The notes: generated from the sequence alone by a model not told the origin. A stretch of 64,000 nucleotides of DNA from Dehalococcoidia bacterium (GCA_965221385.1 OZ244885.1:1718757-1782756), one strand, 5' to 3'; shown: positions 27,994 to 38,747, numbered from the stretch's first letter. A program made the numbers and translations.

Positions 27994-29958
27994 TCAATTG
28001 CCGGGGAAGAAGGGGCCGGCCATCCGGTAACCTACGCTCGGCACGGTATGAATGAAGCGAGGACAGCGGGCGTCGTCGCCCAGCTTTCGGCGCAGGTTGC
28101 GGACTATGGAGCGCACCAGGTGGCCCTCGCCCGCGTATCCCGTACCCCAGACCCGCCGCAGAATCTGGTCGTAGGTCAGGGCCTTGCCGGAGTTGATGGA
28201 CAGTTCGTACAGCAGCTTGTACTCGGTGGCCGTAAGTTTGACTTCCCTCCCTGCTACGGTGACGTGCCGGGCGCCATAGTCTATAACCAGGCCATTGATG
28301 GCCAGGGAGGGGCGTACCTCGATCTGGTCGGGAAGGACCCGCCGCCGCATGCAGGCCTCGATCCGGGCCAGCAACTCGTATGGGGAGAAGGGCTTGATAA
28401 CGTAATCATCGGCGCCCAGCCTGAGCGCGCGTACAATATCCTCCTCGCTGTCCCGGGCCGTGAGGATCAGCGCCGGCGCTCCGGATACCTGGCGAATTTG
28501 CTCCAGCGCCTTAAATCCGTTGACGCCGGGGAGATCCAGGTCCAGCAGCACCGCCTGAGGTTCCTCCTGTTCCAGCAACCCCATCACCTCCGCCGGGTCG
28601 CCGGTGACGATTGGGTGGTAACCGGCGTGGCGCAGGATGCCTTGCAGGTGGCGCAAGACCTGAGGCTCTGGGTCCACCGCCAGAACCCTGGCCCGCTTCC
28701 CGCCCTGGGCAACTCTTCCCAGGTGTTCGGCGCCCCGGCAAACTTTGGCGCCTTGCCCTGTTTCCTGCTGCGGAGCGCGGGGAAGGGTGAAACAGAAGGA
28801 GGAACCCCGTCCCTCTCCGGGGCTGGTAGCCCAGATGCGCCCGCCATGGGCCTCCACAATGCCCTTGCATAGGTCCAGGCCCAGCCCGCGGCCTTCCAGT
28901 CCGTCCCCGCCCTCCGAGTGCGCCCGGAAGAATTTCTTGAATACGTGGGGCAGGGCTTGTTGACCCAGGCCACGGCCCTGGTCCAAAACCTCTACCAGGA
29001 CGAAATCGTCGTCCTTTGTTGCCCTTACGGTTATGGGTGCGTCTTCGGGGGAGAACCTGCCGGCATTGCCCAAGAGAATGTTCAGCGCCTGGTCAATCCT
29101 CCGGCGGTCGGCGTTGACCATTACGGGGCCGTCGGGCTGCTCGATGAGTATCGGCTGTCCACCGCCGCGCCGGAGGTAGGTGTCCCGCGCCGCCGCCAGG
29201 GATTCTCTCAGGTCGTAGGGGTCTGGACTTACAGGGAGGGCTCCCACCTCGATTCGGGTCATATCCAGCAGGCTGTTGACCAACTCCCGCATGCGGTCGG
29301 CCTGCTCATCCACCATGCGGAAGAATTCCCGTGCTTCCCCCTCGTCAAACCCGTCAGTACGGCCCAATACGGTGGCCGCTGCCCCCTTGATGGTCGTGAG
29401 AGGGGTTCTCAACTGGTGGCAGACAATCCCCAGGAACTCGCTCTTCAGCCGCTCCAACTCTTCCCGGGGCGATACGTCCAGGACAGTCGCCACCGCCCCG
29501 GTTATGTCGCCCTGTTCCCCATAGACGGGCGCTGCGCTTACCAGGGTGGGGACGGCCCACCCGTCGGGGCGCTCGTGGACGAATTCTTCGGCCCGCACCA
29601 CCTCGCCCCGTTCCAATGCCCGCCGCGCCGGGTGGTTCGCCGCCAGGGACGGTAAGCCATTGCCTTGAACATCATCCAGGGTACTGGCCAGGGTATTGTC
29701 CCCATGGTGCGAGGGGCCCAGGATTCGTTCCGCCTCCCGGTTGGCTACGATGATCCGCTCGCTGGCCGCCTCCAGCATCAGGATGCCGACGGGGGAGAGG
29801 CGCAGCACCGTCTCCAGTAGGCGCCGTTCTTCGCGCAACCTGGCAATTTCCCGCTGGGTGTCAAGGTCTGGCGACACTGTCCCTTCTCCTGTACCCTCGC
29901 CTTCCCGTCCCACTGGCGGCCCGACCCGTCCGCTCGCCAATCCTTTAGATATTAACAA
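27994..29958 (-). CDS. Hybrid PAS-HisKA-HATPase-REC-OmpR wHTH protein
   Basis: PAS region; CHQLRTPLTTIKG H-box; GRGLGL..HGGRIW; VLAVD..LLDLDLPG..DDYVIKPF; LTATEYKLL..LRRKL..TVPSVGYR. Exact start uncertain. Confidence 0.88.
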   Translation of the reverse strand: MLISKGLASGRVGPPVGREGEGTGEGTVSPDLDTQREIARLREERRLLETVLRLSPVGILMLEAASERIIVANREAERILGPSHHGDNTLASTLDDVQGNGLPSLAANHPARRALERGEVVRAEEFVHERPDGWAVPTLVSAAPVYGEQGDITGAVATVLDVSPREELERLKSEFLGIVCHQLRTPLTTIKGAAATVLGRTDGFDEGEAREFFRMVDEQADRMRELVNSLLDMTRIEVGALPVSPDPYDLRESLAAARDTYLRRGGGQPILIEQPDGPVMVNADRRRIDQALNILLGNAGRFSPEDAPITVRATKDDDFVLVEVLDQGRGLGQQALPHVFKKFFRAHSEGGDGLEGRGLGLDLCKGIVEAHGGRIWATSPGEGRGSSFCFTLPRAPQQETGQGAKVCRGAEHLGRVAQGGKRARVLAVDPEPQVLRHLQGILRHAGYHPIVTGDPAEVMGLLEQEEPQAVLLDLDLPGVNGFKALEQIRQVSGAPALILTARDSEEDIVRALRLGADDYVIKPFSPYELLARIEACMRRRVLPDQIEVRPSLAINGLVIDYGARHVTVAGREVKLTATEYKLLYELSINSGKALTYDQILRRVWGTGYAGEGHLVRSIVRNLRRKLGDDARCPRFIHTVPSVGYRMAGPFFPGN

Positions 29959-30175
29959 CGATTATACTATTGTGGTTAGTTATTCACTACAGCCTGCCCA
30001 TAGCCATGACCGGCCCTTCGGGGAGGATTATGGCAGTTTCCTGAAACATAAACCTTGCTCAATTTATTGGAAGGGAAATATAATGTCATGGCAAAGGAGG
30101 TGGCAGGCTCATATCCGTTGGTAGTGGACGTTCATTGGCGTTTGCAGGCGCATCCGGATCCGGGAGGCGTTAGCC

Positions 30176-32560
30176 ATGACCGAAGCTACAACTGACGCTA
30201 CGACCGAACCTATAATCGGACCTACGGTAGAAGTCCATCGCACGACCAGGGCGACCCGCGCCCTTTGGATTGGCCTGGGGGCATTGGTTCTGGCTTCCTT
30301 CGCGGGGCTGCTCTATTTCGGAAGGGAGATATACCAGGAAACCCCGCCAACTCCCGCCGCCATCGTCACCACCCAGGGGCAGCCCCTGTTCACCGGCGAC
30401 GACATTCGCGCCGGCCAGGACGTTTGGCGCTCCATTGGCGGCCACGAACTGGGCTCCATCTGGGGGCACGGCGCCTACACCGCGCCCGACTGGACCGCCG
30501 ACTGGCTCCACCGGGAATCCCTCTGGCTGGTGGAGCGTTGGGCAAGGCAGGACCACAGCGCGGACTTCGACTCGCTGGGTGAGGAACAGAGGGCCGCGCT
30601 CCAGGCCAGGCTGCAGTCGGAGCTGCGGACCAATACCTACGACCCCCTGACCAATACCATTACCGTTTCTCCCTTGCGGGCCGAGGCCATCGCCCACGTA
30701 CAGGCTCACTACATGGGTCTGTTCGGCTCCGAGCCGGGGCTGGACGACCTGCGGGAGAGCTACGCCATGCCCCGCGCGGTCATCCCGAATGGGGAAAGGC
30801 GGGAGGCCTTCACCGCCTTCATCTTCTGGGCCTCGTGGGCGACCATAACCGAGCGGCCCGGCAAGGACTTCACCTACACCAACAACTGGCCGCCCGATGA
30901 CCTGGTGGGCAACCGGCCCACCGGGGTGATGGTGGTGGTTTCGGTGATCAGCTTCGTGCTGTTGCTGGGGGGCATCGGCGGGCTGGCCTGGTTCTACGCC
31001 GCCACCCGCGACACCTGGAGAAGCCAGTCCGAGGCGCTGGAGGCCGACCCGTTGGCCCAGGTCGAAACCACTCCTTCCATGCGGGCCACCCGCATCTACT
31101 TCTGGGTGGTGGGGGCGCTTGCGGTGGCCCAAATCGTCACGGGCATAGTCGCCGCCCATTACGGCGTGGAAGGCACCGGCTTCTACGGCATACCCCTCTC
31201 GGAGTTGATACCCTATTCCCTGGCCCGAACGTGGCACATTCAGACGGGCATCTTCTGGATTGCCACCTCCTGGCTGGCGACGGGCCTGTGTTTGGCGCCG
31301 CTGATCGCCGGCCGGGAACCCCGCTTCCAGGGGTTGGGTGTTTACCTGCTCCTCGGGGCATTGGTGGTGGTGGTTGGCGGTTCCATGCTCGGCCAGGCGC
31401 TGGCCATCCACCAGACGCTGGGAGACCGGGCAAACTTCTGGTTCGGGCACCAGGGCTACGAATACCTGGACCTGGGTCGGCTGTGGCAGGCGCTGCTGTT
31501 CGTGGGGTTGCTGGTGTGGCTGGCGCTGATGGTGCGGCCTCTGCTATGGGCCTGGCTGCGGGCCGGCGGCGACCGGCGGCATCGCCAGTTCCTGATGATA
31601 TTCATGCTGTCCGTGGCGGCCATTGCCCTGTTCTACGCCCCGGGGCTGGTGCCGGGGCAGCACACCAACCTGGCCATTGCCGAATACTGGCGCTGGTGGG
31701 TCGTCCACCTGTGGGTGGAGGGGTTCTTCGAGGTGTTCGCCACCACGGTAATCGCCCTCACCTTCGTGCGCCTGGGCCTGGTCCATGTCCGGTCGGCGAC
31801 CATGGCCGTCCTCTTCACCACCATTCTCTACCTGACCGGGGGCGTGCTGGGGATGTTCCACCACCTCTACTTCACCGGAACCACCCCCATAATCATGGTG
31901 ATTGGCGGAACCATGAGCGCCCTGGAACTGATGCCACTGGTGATGATCGGGTACGAGGCGTATGAGAACCTTTCCGCCACCCGCCGGACTACGTGGATAC
32001 ACCACTACAAGTGGCCGGTGTACTTCTTCGTGGCTTCGGCCTTCTGGAACCTGGTGGGGGCGGGCCTGTTCGGCTTCCTCATCAACCCACCGATCGCCCT
32101 GTACTACATGCAGGGGCTCAACACCACCGCCGTCCATGCCCATGCCGCCCTGTTCGGGGTGTATGGCAACCTGGGGCTGGGCCTTACGCTGCTGAGCCTG
32201 CGGATACTGACCGTCCGCACCCAATGGCGGTCCGGCAGCCTGGCCACCGCCTTCTGGGGCGTGAACGTTGGGCTGGCCCTGATGGTTCTCCTCAGCCTGC
32301 TGCCGGTGGGTCTGGCGCAAACCTGGGCCAGCGTGGAGCATGGCATGTGGTATGCCCGCTCGGCGGAGTTCCTGCAGACGCCGGTACTGGAGGTTTTCCG
32401 TTGGCTCCGCACCATCGGCGACACCATATTCGCTGTGGGAATCCTGGCCAACGGCTGGTTTGTCATTGGGCTTTCCACCGGATGGTCCGTCCGGGGAGAG
32501 CGGGCCGATGTTGCCCCCAACCTGCCGGAGGAGGCGGTGGCGCCCGACCCTGCTTCCTAG
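30176..32560 (+). CDS. norB: Quinol-dependent nitric oxide reductase (qNor)
   Basis: GSIWGHGAYTAPDWTADWLHRE, YTNNWP, WWVVHLWVEGFFEVF, FHHLYF, HAHAALFGVYG; 794 aa single subunit. Confidence 0.95.
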   Translation: MTEATTDATTEPIIGPTVEVHRTTRATRALWIGLGALVLASFAGLLYFGREIYQETPPTPAAIVTTQGQPLFTGDDIRAGQDVWRSIGGHELGSIWGHGAYTAPDWTADWLHRESLWLVERWARQDHSADFDSLGEEQRAALQARLQSELRTNTYDPLTNTITVSPLRAEAIAHVQAHYMGLFGSEPGLDDLRESYAMPRAVIPNGERREAFTAFIFWASWATITERPGKDFTYTNNWPPDDLVGNRPTGVMVVVSVISFVLLLGGIGGLAWFYAATRDTWRSQSEALEADPLAQVETTPSMRATRIYFWVVGALAVAQIVTGIVAAHYGVEGTGFYGIPLSELIPYSLARTWHIQTGIFWIATSWLATGLCLAPLIAGREPRFQGLGVYLLLGALVVVVGGSMLGQALAIHQTLGDRANFWFGHQGYEYLDLGRLWQALLFVGLLVWLALMVRPLLWAWLRAGGDRRHRQFLMIFMLSVAAIALFYAPGLVPGQHTNLAIAEYWRWWVVHLWVEGFFEVFATTVIALTFVRLGLVHVRSATMAVLFTTILYLTGGVLGMFHHLYFTGTTPIIMVIGGTMSALELMPLVMIGYEAYENLSATRRTTWIHHYKWPVYFFVASAFWNLVGAGLFGFLINPPIALYYMQGLNTTAVHAHAALFGVYGNLGLGLTLLSLRILTVRTQWRSGSLATAFWGVNVGLALMVLLSLLPVGLAQTWASVEHGMWYARSAEFLQTPVLEVFRWLRTIGDTIFAVGILANGWFVIGLSTGWSVRGERADVAPNLPEEAVAPDPAS

Positions 32561-32790
32561 GAGGGCCTGCCCATGTCCCGGCCCATGGTTCCGGGACATG
32601 GGCCGAAATACCAAGTTCCGAAATACCCTGATGGGGCCCTCGACAGGGGGCCCCTGTCACTGTCTGCCCGGGCGCCGCCGCGTCAACATCGCCCCAGCCA
32701 ATACCCGACCAACAACTGGCCTGAATCCAACAACCGACCGGTAATCGGGTATAATCTGACCACCACAAGGCATGAGCATCGAGGAAGAAC

Positions 32791-35700
32791 GTGATTTCCA
32801 ACCGAGCCCGGATTGGCCGAGCCCTTTACCTGCTGAAGATTGACCTGGACAACTTTGTACCCAGGGAGTTTCTCGGTTACCACCGGGAACAGGCCACCGC
32901 AGCCGTCAACCAGATTCTGGGGCAGACCCGGAACGAGGACAGGCCCTTTGAAAGGATGAAGACCCAGGACCTGCTGACGGTGATGCAGAGTTCCTGGTGG
33001 ACCGTGTTCGACCGGGCCCTGGGGGGCGTGGAACCCGGCACAGTGAGGGAGGTTGCCCTAGCCCACGAAGCCTGGGCTTCCCGCCAGGACTTTTCCCCGG
33101 AGGGGGCGTTCCAGGTGCTGAATGCCATCCAGAGAATCCTGGCGGCCATGGAATCCCCCTGTACCCTGGAGATGGAAATACTCAAGCGGGAGTGCCTGGA
33201 GTCGGGAGTTGAAGCCGACGAGGGCCAGGTCCAGGTACAAGAACAGGGCCCGACCCCGCCCCACTCCGTGGCGGTGGAGGGGGCCATAGACGTTGAACCC
33301 GAGGCGGCGCCCGCCCCGGCAGAACCGGTTCAACCCGAATCACCGACCCCGGCGGCGCCAGTGGCGGCGGAGCATCGGGGCGAAACCGCCGAGACGGTGG
33401 GGCAAGCGGTGGCGGAGGCAGGACCGGCGCCGGAACCCGCCCCGGACGGCTCCCAATCCTACCCGTCCAACCTGATCCGGGCCCTGCGAGCCGCCGGGGC
33501 CCTTCAGGACCAGGACCACCTGGTTCGCGCCACCACCGAACCGGTTTTGCCCGCCGAAGCTGGGGACACCGCCATAGGGGAGTTGGAACCGGCCCTGGCT
33601 CAGGCCCTGGAAGATCTGGGTATTGACCGGCTCTGGGATTACCAGAACGAGGCAATAGCCCTCTCCCTTTCCGGGGCCAACGTTGCCCTGGAGGTGGGAG
33701 GGTTCACCGATGAGACGCTGGCCTGGGCCATACCCATGGCCGATACCCTACTTCGTAACCCCTCGGCAAACGCCCTGGTCCTCTGCCCCGACGAACCCTC
33801 GGCAAACGCCGTACTTGCCCTCCTGTCGGGTCTCCTCGCTCCGGTTGGCCTCCCCGTGGTTACCACCCTGGACGGTCTCGCCACCGACCCGCCGCAACCG
33901 GGGGAAGCGGCGGCAATGGAAGGGAAAGAGCTTCAGGGGGAGGATTCCCCGAAAGATGAGCTTCCCGATGAAGCTGCGCGGGGGGTTGAAGCCCAGGAGG
34001 AGGAACCCATCCCTAGCGTCGCGCTGGTGACCACGCCGGAGGGCCTGGATTCCCTGGTACCGTCCAGCGGGTATGTTGAGCGAACCTTCATGGCAAACCT
34101 GAAGTTCGTCGCCCTGGAAGGAGTGCGGGAGTACCAGGGCAATTTCGGGTCCAACGTGGCCTTGCTGCTGCGCCGCCTCTTCCACCGACTGGCAATCCTG
34201 GGCGCTGACCCCTGCTGCTTCGTGGCGATCCCTGGAATAAGCAATGGGGCCGAACTGGCCGCCAGCCTCACCGGCAAGCAGTTTGAGCCGGTCCGGGCCG
34301 TCAATACACCGGCCTCGCTGCGCCATAACCTGTTCATCGAGCCCCGAGAACCAAGCGCAGAGGGCGCTTCCGGCCTTACCCAACGGGTGGCCCGGGCGGC
34401 GCTGGCCTGCGTGGGAGCGGGAAGGTCGGTCCTGGTCCAGTGCGCCAGCGAAAACCAGGCCCGGGAAGCCTTCGCTGCCGCCCAGGCCTTGGCCGGAGAG
34501 GCGGCGGAGGGTCTGCTATCGCTGCCGACCGCGCCGCCGGAACCTTCCCTTGCCCGAAGCCCCGGCGCCCCCGCAGACGCAGTTGCCGCCGGGGCGGGCA
34601 GCGTTGACGGGACGGGGGTTGGCGCAACTGGGGCGGTATTCATCGCCTCGCCACTTCCCCATCCCGGCTGCTACCGCAACTTCGACGGAATCATCGTGGC
34701 CGGCTACCCCGGTTCGCTGTCCCGGTTGCGGCAGCTGATGGACAGCGCCGGTACCGGCCCGGAGCGGGAGTCATTCTTCATCTACTACGCCTCGGAAGAC
34801 TTCGCCGGGCGGTTCGCCGCGCACAACCTGGATGCGTTGCTGGCCATGCCGCCCACCCAGGCGGTGGCGGATGCCGACCTGCCGGAGGCCGTAGCCCTTC
34901 ACCTGCCGGCCGTCCTCCGGGAACTGGAGGGCCGGGTATATTCCTTCACCCGCGACACATTGGGCAGCGCCCTGTTCCAGGCCCTGTGCCGGGACGCTCC
35001 CCTCTTGAAGATAGCCGGAGGCGCTCCATCGCCCCTGGCGGCCGCCAGGGAGGCGGGGCTCCCGGACTGGGCCCTCATCGTCGAGGACGCTCAGGTCGGT
35101 CAACTGTCTCCCTACGGAAAGTTCCGGGAGATTTACCCCGGCAGCGTGGCGCTGGCCGGGGGCGCCCGGTACCGGGTGGCATCGGTCAACGACGCCGGGC
35201 CAGGCAGTCCGGAACCGCAGGTCATCCTGGAAGAGTCGGAAACGCTGGCCCACATCCGGACGGCGCCCACCTTTGCCGTGAACGTATCGGTGCAGGATGA
35301 GTCCCTGTGCCTTTCCCCGGCGACGGGCGTTTCCCTGTACCTGGGGGCCGTGGCGGTGGAAGAAACCCTGGAGAAGGTATCGGTGATTGACGAGTCCGAT
35401 GCAACCGGAGGGGGAGACGCCCCGGAGGACGGCGGAGCCGACCTGGTAACCGCCACCTTCGAACCTGAGGAGGAAATCGTCTGGCGCCTGCAGGCTCCCT
35501 CCTTCTGGCTGGACGTGGCCGGGCTGTTGCCCCAGCCGGCGTCCTCCGGGGAAGCGCCCGACCAGGGTGGGCCGCTAGACCCGGTTGCCGCCGGCAGTGT
35601 GGCCGCCGTGGCGCAGATGCTCCGGGTGGGTGCGGCCTTCACCTTTTGCGTGGGGCGGTACGACCTGGCCACCTACAGCCAAGGTTCGGCCATCTACCTG

Positions 35701-35907
35701 GTGGAGGTCGGCCCCCAGGCCCAGGGAGTCGCCAAGAGGGCCTTCGACCTGTGGCGGGAACTGCTGGAGAAGGGCGCATTTCTGGCCCGGGCCTGCCCGT
35801 GCCGCCAAGGCTGCATCCGTTGCCTGCTGCCCCACACCCCCTGGGAGGAAGGCATGGATAAGGAAGCAGGCCTGGCGCTGGCGGAAAAGCTGTTGGAAAC
35901 GGCGTGA
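32791..35907 (+). CDS. Swt1/HEPN-like N-domain fused to a degenerate DUF1998 (Hrq1/YprA-like) DEAH helicase
   Basis: GIDRLWDYQNEAI Q-motif, YQGNFGSNVALLLRRL, IIVAGYPGSL, EIYPGSV, C-terminal CPCRQGCIRCL; Walker A and DEAH motifs are missing. Confidence 0.7.
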   Translation: MISNRARIGRALYLLKIDLDNFVPREFLGYHREQATAAVNQILGQTRNEDRPFERMKTQDLLTVMQSSWWTVFDRALGGVEPGTVREVALAHEAWASRQDFSPEGAFQVLNAIQRILAAMESPCTLEMEILKRECLESGVEADEGQVQVQEQGPTPPHSVAVEGAIDVEPEAAPAPAEPVQPESPTPAAPVAAEHRGETAETVGQAVAEAGPAPEPAPDGSQSYPSNLIRALRAAGALQDQDHLVRATTEPVLPAEAGDTAIGELEPALAQALEDLGIDRLWDYQNEAIALSLSGANVALEVGGFTDETLAWAIPMADTLLRNPSANALVLCPDEPSANAVLALLSGLLAPVGLPVVTTLDGLATDPPQPGEAAAMEGKELQGEDSPKDELPDEAARGVEAQEEEPIPSVALVTTPEGLDSLVPSSGYVERTFMANLKFVALEGVREYQGNFGSNVALLLRRLFHRLAILGADPCCFVAIPGISNGAELAASLTGKQFEPVRAVNTPASLRHNLFIEPREPSAEGASGLTQRVARAALACVGAGRSVLVQCASENQAREAFAAAQALAGEAAEGLLSLPTAPPEPSLARSPGAPADAVAAGAGSVDGTGVGATGAVFIASPLPHPGCYRNFDGIIVAGYPGSLSRLRQLMDSAGTGPERESFFIYYASEDFAGRFAAHNLDALLAMPPTQAVADADLPEAVALHLPAVLRELEGRVYSFTRDTLGSALFQALCRDAPLLKIAGGAPSPLAAAREAGLPDWALIVEDAQVGQLSPYGKFREIYPGSVALAGGARYRVASVNDAGPGSPEPQVILEESETLAHIRTAPTFAVNVSVQDESLCLSPATGVSLYLGAVAVEETLEKVSVIDESDATGGGDAPEDGGADLVTATFEPEEEIVWRLQAPSFWLDVAGLLPQPASSGEAPDQGGPLDPVAAGSVAAVAQMLRVGAAFTFCVGRYDLATYSQGSAIYLVEVGPQAQGVAKRAFDLWRELLEKGAFLARACPCRQGCIRCLLPHTPWEEGMDKEAGLALAEKLLETA

Positions 35908-35949
35908 TGGGGGCGAGCATTGCCAGAGGGCCAATAGGGGGCATGAACC

Positions 35950-37197
35950 ATGACCACCTCCACCTTCAGCATTAACGCGGACCGGCTCAACCGGAACCTG
36001 GCCGACCTAGGGCGCATTGGCGAAACTCCCCAGGGTATGATGCGCCTAGCCTACTCTCCTGCCGACATTCAGGGGCGCGAGTACACCATGAGGTTGATGC
36101 GCCAGGCAGGGCTGGAAACGAGGGTGGACCCGGCCGGCAATATCATCGGCCACAAGCCCGGCTCGAATCCCAACCTGCCGGCAATTGCCCTCGGTTCCCA
36201 CATCGATACCGTGCCCAACGGCGGCAAGTATGACGGCGCGCTGGGAGTCCTCGGAGCCATTGAAGTGGCGCAAACCCTGGCCGAGAAGGGGCAATCCCTA
36301 CGCCATCCCCTTGAGATCATTGTTTTCACCAACGAGGAAGGTACCCGCTTCCATCGCTGGCTGCTGGGCAGCCGAGCCATGGCCGGCCTGCTGGAGCCGG
36401 AGGACTACACGGCGGTGGACGACGAGGGCGTATCCATCGAGCGGAGGCTGGCCGACGTGGGAGGCGACCTGGCCCGCATCGACCAGGCTCGCCGCTACCC
36501 CGGCGAGTTGGCAGGCTACTTTGAACTTCACATCGAACAGGGGCCAACCCTGCACCGGACCGGCACTCCCCTGGGCGTGGTCGAGGGTATCACGGGACGC
36601 TACGTATTCCGGGTGGAGGTGCAGGGCACGGCCAACCATGCCGGAACCACGCCCATGTCCGACCGGCACGACGCCCTGGCCGCGGCCTCCCACCTGGTGT
36701 TGGCCACCCAGCGCCTGGCCACCGATGCCGAAATCTGCCGGGTTGCCACCGTCGGCAACATCCAGGTGTCGCCCAACGCCGTCAACGTGGTGCCTGGGGA
36801 GGTCACCCTGGGGGTGGAGTTTCGCGACGTGGAGACCAACTCTCTGTCTGCGGCCGAAGCCACCCTGCGCCGCAACGCCGCCGAAATCGCCGACGCCAAC
36901 CGGGTGTCCATTGCCATCAACCCGGTGGAAGCATCGCCCGCCGTTCCCCTGCCGTCCCGCACTCGGAACCTGGTGGCCGAGGCGGCGGATCAGGCCGGGC
37001 TGTCCTTCCAGTCGCTGCCCAGCGGCGCAGGCCACGATGCCCAGGCCATGGCCGCCATCACCGAGGCCGGCATGGTGTTCGTACCCAGCGAGGAGGGTAT
37101 CAGCCATTCGCCCCACGAGTACACAGCTCCGGGTGATTGCGCCAATGGAGCCCAGGCCCTGTTGAATATGCTGCTGTTGGCCGACTCCCGAATGTAG
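35950..37197 (+). CDS. M20 Zn-amidohydrolase (allantoate amidohydrolase / N-carbamoyl-amino-acid hydrolase)
   Basis: GSHIDTVPNGGKYDG, NEEG, ELHIEQG, HAGTTPM, SGAGHDA, GISHSP. Confidence 0.93.
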   Translation: MTTSTFSINADRLNRNLADLGRIGETPQGMMRLAYSPADIQGREYTMRLMRQAGLETRVDPAGNIIGHKPGSNPNLPAIALGSHIDTVPNGGKYDGALGVLGAIEVAQTLAEKGQSLRHPLEIIVFTNEEGTRFHRWLLGSRAMAGLLEPEDYTAVDDEGVSIERRLADVGGDLARIDQARRYPGELAGYFELHIEQGPTLHRTGTPLGVVEGITGRYVFRVEVQGTANHAGTTPMSDRHDALAAASHLVLATQRLATDAEICRVATVGNIQVSPNAVNVVPGEVTLGVEFRDVETNSLSAAEATLRRNAAEIADANRVSIAINPVEASPAVPLPSRTRNLVAEAADQAGLSFQSLPSGAGHDAQAMAAITEAGMVFVPSEEGISHSPHEYTAPGDCANGAQALLNMLLLADSRM

Positions 37198-37318
37198 GGC
37201 CGTACACGAAAGGCCCCGGGTCTGGCCCAATGTAACGGCCAGGCCGGCCGCATTTCTTAACCCACTGCCCCGTTCCCGCGCCGCCAAGGCGACGGTTCCC
37301 CGTTTGGAGGCTACTCCC

Positions 37319-37759
37319 ATGGACATCAACGCCAGCTACGATTTCAACGCACCGGCCGAGCAGGTATGGAATACCCTGATGGATCCCCAGGCGCTGGCGG
37401 CCTGCGTACCCGGCTGCCAGAGCCTTGAACCCACCGGCGAAAACGAATACCAGGCGGTGGTAAGCGTGGGCATTGGCCCCGTGCGGGGCAACTTCACGGC
37501 CCGGGTGGCCATCACCGAAACCAACCCCTATCATTCCTACCGCCTTTCCCTCAGTGGCAACAGCAACATCGGTTTCGGCAGCGGCGACTCCCTGGTGACC
37601 CTGGAAGAAGCGGAGGGACGAACCATCGTCCGGGTGGAGAGCACAGCCCAGGCCGGCGGGCAGGTGGCCCGGGTGGGCCAGCGCATGATGGAGAGCGTGG
37701 CCCGCGGGATGCTGGACCGGTTCTTCTCCTGCCTCCAGGAATCGGTCAACCGGAGTTGA
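37319..37759 (+). CDS. coxG: CoxG/SRPBCC family protein
   Basis: VWNTLMDPQALAACVPGC..VGQRMM..FF. Confidence 0.85.
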   Translation: MDINASYDFNAPAEQVWNTLMDPQALAACVPGCQSLEPTGENEYQAVVSVGIGPVRGNFTARVAITETNPYHSYRLSLSGNSNIGFGSGDSLVTLEEAEGRTIVRVESTAQAGGQVARVGQRMMESVARGMLDRFFSCLQESVNRS

Positions 37760-37922
37760 CCTGGCGGCCCCTGACCCTGAACAGTCGACATTGGTTAACT
37801 TCTTGACCTGGCCCCTGGGTTTGGATACATTGGAATGAGGGAGTTGGTTAATCCGGCGCTTCCGCAGCCTGCGGTTAACCGGAGAACCCGACACAAGAAT
37901 TGCTATTGCCAGAGGTAAGAAA

Positions 37923-38654
37923 ATGACAATGTACAACCCCTCCGCCGGCGGAGGTTTCGGGTATAACCTGGCCGAGTCGGACCGCATATTCACCGGCGCC
38001 ATGACGGGCCTCTACGGCTGGACTGCCGCGGGGCTGGGCATGGCGGGCGTTGTGGGCTGGCTGCTCAGCGCGGCCAACATCTTCCCATCCGCCAGCTTCA
38101 TGGGTATGATCCTGGGGCTGGTGTTGGCCATTGGTTGCCTGTTCGGGATGAACTACGCCGCCCGCAAGGGAGCGCCCCTGGCGGCGGTGGGAGCCCTCTA
38201 CCTGGGCTTCACGGCCATTATGGGGGCCACCCTGTCCGTGGTGTTCGCCGTGTACTCCAGCTCCAGCATCGCCCAGGCCTTTGCCGGCGCCTGCGGCCTC
38301 TTCGCCCTGATGAGCGTCTTTGGCTTCACCACCAAGAAGGACCTGTCCAAGATTGGCATGCTGGCCCTGATTGCCATCATCGGGATGATAGTGGTGGGTC
38401 TGCTCAACGCCTTCCTGTTCCAGTCCAGCGGGCTGCAGTTGCTGCTGAGCGTCATAACCCTGCCCATCTTCATGGGGTTGACGGCGTGGGAGACCCAGGC
38501 GGTGAAGCAGGAGGCCCAGGAAGCCGCCGCCCAGGGCAACGCTGATGCCGCCAGTCGCATCGCCCTCATTGGCGCTGCCGGCATGTTCCTGAACATCGTC
38601 AACATGTTCCTGGCCCTGCTGCACATCCTCAACTTCTTCGGCGGGGATGATTAG
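37923..38654 (+). CDS. Bax inhibitor-1/YccA family membrane protein
   Basis: Seven-TM pattern, TKKDLS, GLTAWETQ, FLNIVNMFL. Confidence 0.88.
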   Translation: MTMYNPSAGGGFGYNLAESDRIFTGAMTGLYGWTAAGLGMAGVVGWLLSAANIFPSASFMGMILGLVLAIGCLFGMNYAARKGAPLAAVGALYLGFTAIMGATLSVVFAVYSSSSIAQAFAGACGLFALMSVFGFTTKKDLSKIGMLALIAIIGMIVVGLLNAFLFQSSGLQLLLSVITLPIFMGLTAWETQAVKQEAQEAAAQGNADAASRIALIGAAGMFLNIVNMFLALLHILNFFGGDD

Positions 38655-38747
38655 CGGAAAGGGAAGGGGGAAGGGTAAAGAGTCACTCCACTCCCTCCTC
38701 TTCGCCCTGAATGACGTATAGGGCTCGAATAGAGACCGTGGTGGGGG

